45,952 bases of DNA, from assembly GCA_900321835.1 (NCBI GenBank), contig ONXQ01000005.1, forward strand, positions 1 to 45,952, in the 5' to 3' direction. Of this stretch, positions 23,883-31,374 are shown piece by piece. This stretch comes from an uncultured Prevotellaceae bacterium (GTDB taxonomy: Bacteria > Bacteroidota > Bacteroidia > Bacteroidales > Bacteroidaceae). Position 1 is the first letter of the stretch; every line of letters starts with the position of its first letter. The position numbers and the translations under genes were made by a program. The notes beneath the pieces were generated by a model. The model was given only the letters and a program-made list of their open reading frames with translations, was not told where the DNA came from and made no database searches.

Positions 23883-24683
23883 TCAGGATTGGGGGTCGGC
23901 GGCAGGCTGTCGTTTGGCCTCGTCCCAGAGCAGGTCCATCTCGGCCAGGGTCATGTCGCGCAGGGCGCGTCCCTGCTCGGCGGCGCGTCGCTCGACATAG
24001 TTGAAGCGGCGTATGAACTTCTGGTTGGTGCGCTCCAGGGCGTTGTCGGGGTTGATGTGGTAGAGGCGTGCGGCATTGATGAGCGAGAAGAGGACGTCGC
24101 CGAACTCGCTCGTGGCCCGCTCCTGGTCCATGTTCTCGACCTCGGCTTCGAATTCGCGGATTTCCTCCTTCACCTTCTTCCACACGTCGCGGCGCTCCTC
24201 CCAGTCGAATCCGACGTTGCGGGCCTTGTCCTGCACGCGGTAGGCCTTGACGAGCGAGGGCAGCGCGTCGGGCACTCCGCTCAGGGTTCCGCCCTTGCCC
24301 TTCTTTTCCTTCAGTTTCAACTGTTCCCACGACTTGAGCACTTCGCCGGCATCGTTGGCCACCGCGTCGCCATAGACGTGGGGATGGCGGTAGATGAGTT
24401 TGTCGCTCTCCTTGTTGCACACGTCGGCCATGTCGAAGCGCTGCTGCTCCTCGCCGATGCGGGCATAGAAAATCATGTGCATGAGCACGTCGCCCACCTC
24501 TTCGCAGATGCCGCGGGCATCGTCCTTGATGAGGGCGTCGCACAGTTCGTAGGTCTCTTCAATCGTGTTGGGGCGCAGGCTCTCGTTGGTCTGCTTCTTG
24601 TCCCACGGACACCGTTCGCGCAGCGTGTCGAGCACGTCGAGCAGGCGTCCGAAAGCCTCCAGTTTCTCTTCTCTTGTGTGCAT
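23883..24683 (-). CDS. mazG: nucleoside triphosphate pyrophosphohydrolase MazG
   Basis: LRERCPWDKKQT, EETYELCDAL, two MazG EExxE-type segments (EEVGDVLMHMIF, SEFGDVLFSLIN); minus-strand TAACTTTG at 24715-24722. Confidence 0.9.
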   Translation of the reverse strand: MHTREEKLEAFGRLLDVLDTLRERCPWDKKQTNESLRPNTIEETYELCDALIKDDARGICEEVGDVLMHMIFYARIGEEQQRFDMADVCNKESDKLIYRHPHVYGDAVANDAGEVLKSWEQLKLKEKKGKGGTLSGVPDALPSLVKAYRVQDKARNVGFDWEERRDVWKKVKEEIREFEAEVENMDQERATSEFGDVLFSLINAARLYHINPDNALERTNQKFIRRFNYVERRAAEQGRALRDMTLAEMDLLWDEAKRQPAADPQS

Positions 24684-24786
24684 GAGAGTAAGGTTAAAAT
24701 GTTAAATTTTGACGCAAAGTTAGAGGTTATTTTGCAGAAAATCAGTATTTCTTACGCGGAAAATTGTGTTTTTGGAAAAAGTATCG

Positions 24787-24794
24787 TAATTTTG
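24787..24794 (+). promoter_or_regulatory. -7 promoter box TAATTTTG
   Basis: 37 nt upstream of ATG 24832. Confidence 0.5.
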
Positions 24795-24831
24795 CAACGA
24801 AAATACACCTTTTTTATAAAAGCACATTCCT

Positions 24832-26571
24832 ATGAAACGAATTTATACCCTCCTGCTGCTCACGTCACTGGTGCTCACAGCCAGCGCCACCGTCAAACCC
24901 CGCTACCGCGGAGCCACCACCGCCGTCTGGGCAACGACCGACGAAGCCGAAGCCACGCACACCCCCACCCTGCGCCGCGTCGGGCTGCACAGCGACGCGC
25001 CCCTGCAGTCCTACGGCTCGCCCAGCGTGCCCGTCATCCTCGTCCAGTTCTCCGACCTCAAGTTCACCAGCGGCCTGCCCGACGGCGAGACGTGCGAATC
25101 GACCGAGCAGTTTGAAGCCGTGAACGAGTTTTTCGACCTCTTCTGCAACGGACAGGCCGACGGCACCGAATACACCACCCTCTGCGGCAGCATGGGCTCC
25201 ATCACCGAATACTTCCGCGACCAGAGCGACGGCCAGTTCACCCCGAAGTTCAAAGTCATCGGTCCCGTCACCCTCAGCAACAGCCACGACTACTACGGCA
25301 AGAACAGCGGCTCGTCGAAAGACGTCAACATCAACGCCTTCTACAAAGAAAGCATCCAGAAAGCACAGGAACTCGAGAGCGACTGGGCACAGTTCGACAA
25401 CGACGGCAACGGCAAAGCAGACATGGCCTTCTTCATCTTCGCCGGCGAAGGCGAAAACAGCGGCGCCGGCGTCGAATGCATCTGGCCGAAGGAACAGCCC
25501 AACGGCGGCACCATCGGCGGCGTGGAATACGGCTGCTACGCCTGCTGCAACGAGACCTACAAAGGCAAGCCCGACGGCATCGGCGTCTTTGTCCACGAAC
25601 TCAGCCACGCCCTCGGACTGCCCGACCTCTACGACTACAACTACGTGGCCTACGGACTCGACTACTGGGACATCATGGACTCGGGCTGCTACAACCAGGA
25701 CGGAAAGACACCCTGCGGCTACAGCGCCTACGAAAAAGACTTCATGGGATGGCAGAACCTCGTCACCCTCGACCCCACCGTGCCCCAGCACCTCGTACTC
25801 CAGCCCGGACACCAGTGGGGAGAAGCCTACAAAATCGTCAACCCCAACAACGCCAACGAATACTACATCATCGAAAACCGACAGAGCCAACTCTGGGACA
25901 CCTACATCGGCAAAGGAACCGAACGCACCAAGATGCACGGACTGCTCATCACACACATCGACTACGCCCAAAGCAGTTGGACCAGCAACCGACTCAACTC
26001 CACACGCACCCGACAGCGCTGCTCCATCATCCCCGCCGACGGCGATCTCTTCTCCTATATGAACGTCCGCACCGGCACAAACATCAGCGTCACAGAACTC
26101 TACAACGAGTTCTACCTCTCCGTCACCTGCGACGCCTTCCCCGGACGCACAGGCATCACCGAATGGAATGCCACCGACAGCATCAACATGCCCTACTGGG
26201 CCACCGTCAACGTCAACGACACCATCGTCGAAGAAGTTAACGGCCAGGAAACCACACGCATCGTCACACGACAAGTGGACAGCCTGCTCGTCCAAAAACT
26301 GCCACCCTTCTACACCAAGCCCAAGTTCTACCAACCCCTCATCAACATCCAGGAAATGGAAGACGGCACCGTAGAACTCGACTACTGCCCCAACGGACAA
26401 TTCCCCACAGCCATCTATGCCCTGCCCACACGACAACCCAAAGACGCAACCCTCTACAGCATCAACGGCGTGTCGCTCGGCACCGTCCGCCTGCAAGGAC
26501 AACACCCCGACCTCAGCGGACTGCCCGCAGGCATCTACATCGTCAACAAGCAAAAGTACATCGTGAAATAA
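24832..26571 (+). CDS. M6-family (InhA-like) metalloprotease with T9SS CTD (paralog of 15439..18045)
   Basis: Signal peptide; VHELSHALGLPDLYD; shared blocks with the paralog (RCSIIPADG vs RCTIIPADN, FPG(R)T); C-terminal LYSINGVSLGTVRLQG...LPAGIYIVNKQKYIVK. Confidence 0.8.
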   Translation: MKRIYTLLLLTSLVLTASATVKPRYRGATTAVWATTDEAEATHTPTLRRVGLHSDAPLQSYGSPSVPVILVQFSDLKFTSGLPDGETCESTEQFEAVNEFFDLFCNGQADGTEYTTLCGSMGSITEYFRDQSDGQFTPKFKVIGPVTLSNSHDYYGKNSGSSKDVNINAFYKESIQKAQELESDWAQFDNDGNGKADMAFFIFAGEGENSGAGVECIWPKEQPNGGTIGGVEYGCYACCNETYKGKPDGIGVFVHELSHALGLPDLYDYNYVAYGLDYWDIMDSGCYNQDGKTPCGYSAYEKDFMGWQNLVTLDPTVPQHLVLQPGHQWGEAYKIVNPNNANEYYIIENRQSQLWDTYIGKGTERTKMHGLLITHIDYAQSSWTSNRLNSTRTRQRCSIIPADGDLFSYMNVRTGTNISVTELYNEFYLSVTCDAFPGRTGITEWNATDSINMPYWATVNVNDTIVEEVNGQETTRIVTRQVDSLLVQKLPPFYTKPKFYQPLINIQEMEDGTVELDYCPNGQFPTAIYALPTRQPKDATLYSINGVSLGTVRLQGQHPDLSGLPAGIYIVNKQKYIVK

Positions 26572-26679
26572 GGCAAAAACACACCGCCAAGCACACTTTT
26601 TACAAAAAAAATGCACTTTCCGGGAAAATTTTTCCTTTTTCACTTTTCACTTTTCACTTTTCTTTGTATCTTTGCAACG

Positions 26680-26950
26680 CGAACAAAAAAGGCAACAGCG
26701 GTTGACCTGACACGCGAACAATATTCATACCCTTAAGCCGGGATAAAGGATCGATCGGGATACTCATCAAATTACAATCGAAAACCGAGAACGCTTTGCA
26801 TATCAATGGCGGGCCACGCCCTCCCTCGGGAAGGTAACCTTGAGTCGGTGGATTACAAAGATATGCGAGCACTCAAATCTTATCTGCTCGGAGTTTCATC
26901 ACATCTCCTCCCGGCTTTTCCCATAAAGGAGGCAGCACCGCTGCCTCCTT
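26680..26950 (+). ncRNA. candidate structured non-coding transcript upstream of tRNA-Ser (class not recognised)
   Basis: TATCTTTG -7 box at 26667-26674; no credible ORF; 9-bp long-range pairing AAGCCGGGA (26735-26743) with TCCCGGCTT (26909-26917); perfect 10-bp terminal hairpin AAGGAGGCAG-caccg-CTGCCTCCTT (26926-26950). Confidence 0.3.
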
Positions 26951-26986
26951 CATTACGACCAACAGCACACACCGCGTGTGACACAA

Positions 26987-27073
26987 GGAAAGTTGCCGGA
27001 GTGGTCGATCGGGCCGCACTCGAAATGCGGTGACCGGGTAACTGGTCCGGGGGTTCGAATCCCTCACTTTCCG
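26987..27073 (+). tRNA. tRNA-Ser (anticodon CGA), long variable arm
   Basis: Acceptor GGAAAGT/ACTTTCC, D-arm GCCGGAGTGGTCGATCGGGC, anticodon stem-loop CCGCA-CTCGAAA-TGCGG, variable arm TGACCGGGTAACTGGTCCGG, T-arm GGGGTTCGAATCCC. Confidence 0.9.
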
Positions 27074-27121
27074 CAAGGAGAAGGGAGAGATGTCTGAAAG
27101 ACACTCCCTCTCTTTCCGCTG

Positions 27122-27151
27122 AAAAGGACATCGAAAAGATGTCCTTTTTTC
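27122..27151 (+). terminator. rho-independent terminator after the tRNA
   Basis: AAAGGACATC-gaaaa-GATGTCCTTT followed by ttt. Confidence 0.75.
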
Positions 27152-27212
27152 GTTCAAGAAATCTGAACCCTATCCATTCTTTCCATTCGAAACATTTACG
27201 ATTCAACCAGAT

Positions 27213-28447
27213 ATGAAGAAAATCATTGTGGCTGGGCTGGGGCCTGGCAGCCGCGAAGACATGACGGAGGCGGTGGCGAAGGCGCTGGCCGAAGCCGATG
27301 TGGTGGTCGGCTACAAGTTCTATTTCCAGTTTGTCGAACCGTGGCTGAAGCCGGGAGCCGAGTGTGTCGATACGGGAATGAAACGCGAAAGAGACCGTGC
27401 CGAACAGGCTTTCCAACTGGCTGAAGAGGGCCGCACAAGCAGAAGCGCGGCTCGGACGTCGAGGTGGTGGTGTTGCCCGGCATTTCGGCTTTCCAGAAGG
27501 CGGCATCGCTGCTCGGCGCTCCGATTGGTCACGACCTCTGCCTCATTTCGCTGAGCGACCTGATGACGCCGTGGGAAGTCATCGAACGCCGCATCCGTGC
27601 TGCCGCCGGCGGCGATTTCGTCACAGCGGTCTATAATCCGCGCAGCCACGGACGCTACTGGCAACTCAGCCGCCTTCGGGAGGTTTTCCTGCAGGAGGGC
27701 CGCAGCGAGAACACCCCTGTGGGACTGGTCAGGCAGGCTGGACGTGAGGACCAGACGGTGCAGGTGACCACACTCGGCAGCCTCCGTGTCGAAGAAGTTG
27801 ATATGTTCACCGTCCTCATCATCGGCAATTCGCAGTCGTATGTGGAGGACGGACGGATGATCACGCCACGCGGCTACTTTGCCAACGAGACCGAAGACCA
27901 AGACTGCGTCAAGCCTGGTCAGCAAATCATGATGGAGTCGTTCCGCACCATCCGCAGCGAACTGCGTCGCCACGACTACCCCACCGACCATCTGTGGGCA
28001 CTGCTCCATGCCATCCACACGACTGCGGACTTTGAGATGGAGAACATCCTCTACACCGACCCTGATATCGAGGTGAAATGCTACCTGAGCGACCCGCGTG
28101 TGGCCGACATGGCTGTGCAGCAGGGCATCACCCGCACACAGGCCGGCATCCGTCTCGCTGTCGCCGAGCATCCCGATGCGCTCTACGTCTTCGGCAATGC
28201 TCCTACGGCGCTGATGGAACTGTGCGACCTCATGCGCAAGGGTGCGGCCCATCCAGCCGGCATCGTCGCCGCTCCCGTCGGCTTTGTCCACGTGAAAGAA
28301 TCGAAATACATGGTAAAAACCTTTACGGACGTGCCCAAAATCATCGTCGAAGGGCGCAAGGGCGGCAGCAATGTCGCTGCTACACTCTGCAACGCCATTC
28401 TCTGCTTCGACGACGCCGAGGCGCTGCGTCCCGGCCGCGACTTATGA
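27213..28447 (+). pseudogene. cbiH-cbiC: cbiH(cobJ)-cbiC(cobH) fusion: precorrin-3B C17-methyltransferase / precorrin-8X methylmutase, disrupted
   Basis: CbiH N-terminus MKKIIVAGLGPGSREDMT...AFQLAEEGR is in the frame of 27213. The continuation (K)QKRGSDVEVVVLPGISAFQKAASLLGAPIGHDLCLISLSDLMTPW is in the frame of 27464. The conserved SSGD(A/P)G(I/V)YGMA block expected between them is absent (junction about 27434-27437). CbiC motifs HTTADF, GNAPTAL, PVGFV, GRKGGSNVAA are present. Confidence 0.7.
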
Positions 28448-29502
28448 AGTTCTACGTTATTGGCATTACAGACCATCCGCAGCCGTGGTTTCCTCCCGAG
28501 ACATCACCGTGCCGCTTGATGCGGTGTTTGAACAGTATCGCACCCACGACGAAATCATCGTCTTTGCCTCGGGCGACCCACTTTTCTTCGGCTTTGCCGC
28601 CACGTTGCAACGCCGTCTGCCCGAGGCCCGACTGCAGGTGTTTCCTGCGCCCAATTCCTTGCAAATGCTGGCCCATCGCTGCCTGATTCCCTACGACGAC
28701 ATGCACATCGTGTCGCTCACGGGTCGTCCGTGGCACGAACTGGACCGTGCGCTGATGAGCCACACTGCGAAAATCGGAGTTCTGACCGACCGCCAGCACA
28801 CTCCGACGACCATTGCGCAGCGGCTGATGGACTATGGCTACGGGGACTACACGATGTGGGTAGGCGAACACCTCGGCAATCCGCAGCAGGAACGGGTCGT
28901 AAGCCTGTCGCTCAAGGAGGCAGCCAGCGCGACATTCGATTTGCCCAACTGCCTCATTCTCTGGGCAAGAAACGGACTTCCGCCACGCCGCATGGGCATT
29001 CCCGACGCTGAGTTTGAACTGCTCGACGGCCGCGAACGCATGATTACGAAGATGCCCATCCGCCTGCTTTCGCTCCAAGCCCTCGAGCACCGGCAGCGTG
29101 TCCATTGAAGCCGCGCTGCAGTTTCCCCACCTGCACATCCATTCGTTTGAAGTGCGGGAAGAAGGCCGGCGCCTGATGGACGTGAACACACACCGCTTCG
29201 GTGCCGTCGGCATCGAAGTGAGCATCTGCGATTTCCTCAGCAAAGACCTCACCGCCCTGCCTCGTCCCGACGCCGTCTTCATCGGCGGCCATGGCGGTCG
29301 GCTGAAAGAGATGATGACGCGAATCTGCGGCGTACTCACTGTCGGAGGCTGCATCGTCATGAACAGCGTGACGGAGCAGAGCCGGCAGGACTTCGAAGCC
29401 GCCTGCGACGCCCTTCGCCTCAGCCGTTGTCCCTCCCTGCACGTTGCACTCAACGACTACAACCCCATCGACATTCTGAAGACGGTGAAAAACCAGCCCT
29501 GA
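28444..29502 (+). pseudogene. cbiET: cbiE-cbiT (cobL) precorrin-6Y C5,15-methyltransferase (decarboxylating), disrupted twice
   Basis: MKFYVIGITDHPQPWFPPE (frame of 28444) jumps to DITVPLDAVFEQY...VFASGDPLFFGF (frame of 28371) at about 28498-28500. ...MITKMPIRLLSLQALE jumps to (S)TGSVSIEAALQFPHLHI...DAVFIGGHGG (frame of 29098) at about 29085-29089. The expected intervening conserved segments are missing. Confidence 0.7.
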
Positions 29503-29566
29503 CCCACCCCACGCACCTGCTGAAGCCACCACTCGGGTCCGCCATCAGGACTTGCTTTCGACTTTT

Positions 29567-29631
29567 AAGTGCTTAAAAAAAAGTTTTAAGTGCATAAAAA
29601 TACATTTTCAAGTGCTTAGAAATTCATTTCA
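29567..29631. repeat. 3-unit tandem array, 21/22-bp period, AAGTGCTT variant
   Basis: Units at 29567, 29588, 29610: AAGTGCTTaaaaaaaagtttt / AAGTGCATaaaaatacattttc / AAGTGCTTagaaattcatttc. Confidence 0.85.
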
Positions 29632-29647
29632 ACCAAGACATAGAGAC

Positions 29648-31374
29648 ATGAAGACAGCAGTGATACAAGTGACAGAAGCCGGCGCACAGGTGGCGCAGGT
29701 GGTCTGTCAGGAAACAGGCGGAATGCTCGTTCCCCGCTCCGACCTCGGCCGGCACTGGGCCGACGTGGAGGCCGTCGTGTTCATCGGCGCAATGGGCATC
29801 TGTGTCCGCACCATTGCGCCCTTGCTGACGGACAAGCACACCGACCCCGCCGTCGTGTGCATCAGCAGCGACGGCAGCCATGTGATTTCCGTCGTTTCGG
29901 GGCACGTCGGCGGTGCCAACCAACTGGCCGGACAACTGGCCGCTGCCCTGCCCGGGGCCGAGGCCGTGGTCACGACCCAGAGTGACACACAAGGACTCTG
30001 GGCCCTCGACACGCTGGCACAGCGCTATGGCTGGACTGCCGAGGTGGAGGGTGCGACGATGAATGACGCCATCTTCCGCTTTGTCGGCAAAGAGCCTGTG
30101 GCACTGCTGATTGAGACGTGCGATGCAGGCAGCGACTATCTGCAGCGCACCTGTCCGCCACACGTTCGCCGCATCCAGTCGGAGAGCGAAGTGGATACAG
30201 CCAGCGACCGTCTGCTCATTGCCGTCACTCCGCGCCAGATTCACAGCAGCGTTCCCGTGCTCCAGTACGTTCCGAAGACGCTCTGCCTGGGCATCGGGCT
30301 GGCCCATCAGGCAGAACCTGCCGAGGCGATTCTCCGTCAAATCATGCAGTGTGTCGCCGACAGCGGATGGCTGTGGCAGGGTGTGCGCACCGTTGCGACC
30401 ATCGACGTGAAACGCGACGAACCCGTCGTGAAACTGCTGCAAAGTCAAGGCTTCGACGTTCAGTTCTACACGGCAGACCAACTCGCCGCTGTGCCTGTGC
30501 CCACGCCCAGCGATGTCGTCGCCAGCCATGTGGGGACACCGAGTGTGAGTGAGGCCGCAGCCATTCTTGCAGCCGACGGAGGCCCGCTGGTCGTCAGCAA
30601 GAAAAAAGGTGAAAAATTCACCGTTGCCGTGGCCTCTTTGCCGCTGATGCAGGAGGTGGGCAGTGGGCATGGCTTCATCGAAATTGTCGGAGCCGGCCCC
30701 GGCGATCCCGACCTCATCTCCGTGCGCGGCCGTCGAATGCTCGAACGTGCCGACCTCATCCTCTACGCAGGTAGTCTGGTACCACGCGAACTCACGCTGT
30801 GCGCCAAACCAGAGGCCGTGGTGCGTTCCTCCGCCTCGATGTCGCTGGAGGAACAGTGTGCGCTGATGAAGGAATATTACGACCGAGGCTGCTTCATCGT
30901 CCGTCTGCACACGGGCGACCCCTGCATCTTCGGTGCCATCCAGGAGCAGATGGCCTACTTCGACGCCCACCACATGCACTACCACATCACACCATACCCG
31001 AACGCTGTCAGACCATCATCCTGACGCGCGGCGAAGGCCGTACGCCCATGCCCGAACGCGAAAAACTCCATCTGCTGGCCCGCAGCCGCTCGACCATGTG
31101 CATCTTCCTCAGTGCTGCCATCGTCGATGACGTGCAGCAGCAACTCCTCGCCGAATACCCGCCTGAGACGCCTGTCGCCGCCTGCTACCATCTGACGTGG
31201 CCCGACCAGCGCATCTATCGGGGTCAACTCAAAGACCTGGCCAGCATCGTCCACGACCATCATCTCACACTGACCACCATGCTCGTGGTCGGCGATGCGA
31301 TTGACAACCGCCAGGGCCTCTCCGAACTCTATTCGGCACACTTTTCACACTTGTTCAGAAAAGCCAGCGAATGA
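29648..31374 (+). pseudogene. cbiGF: cbiG-cbiF fusion: cobalt-precorrin-5A hydrolase / precorrin-4 C11-methyltransferase, disrupted in the cbiF part
   Basis: CbiG part looks intact (ATG 29648, MKTAVIQVTEAG...). CbiF starts with IEIVGAGPGDPDLISVRG...RLHTGDPCIFGAIQEQ...MHYHITP, then stops. The continuation IPERCQTIILTRGEGRTPMPEREKL...TMLVVGD is in the frame of 30799. The PGVSSF...AAAA segment expected between them is absent (junction about 30992-30997). Confidence 0.7.

Noticed and set aside
24865-26643. 592-aa minus-strand ORF opposite the M6 protease gene
   Set aside because: The same shadow-ORF composition (V/G/A/D/E runs). The plus-strand product has a signal peptide, an HExxH motif and a T9SS tail.
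26806-27506. ORFs 26806..27033+ and 26880..27506- spanning the tRNA-Ser region
   Set aside because: They run straight through a canonical tRNA and its terminator and have no protein-like features.
27213-31374. Programmed ribosomal frameshifting as an explanation for the split cbi genes
   Set aside because: At each junction a conserved block of the protein family is missing, not just shifted, and no slippery heptamer or pseudoknot is evident. Deletion or an assembly artefact is the simpler reading.
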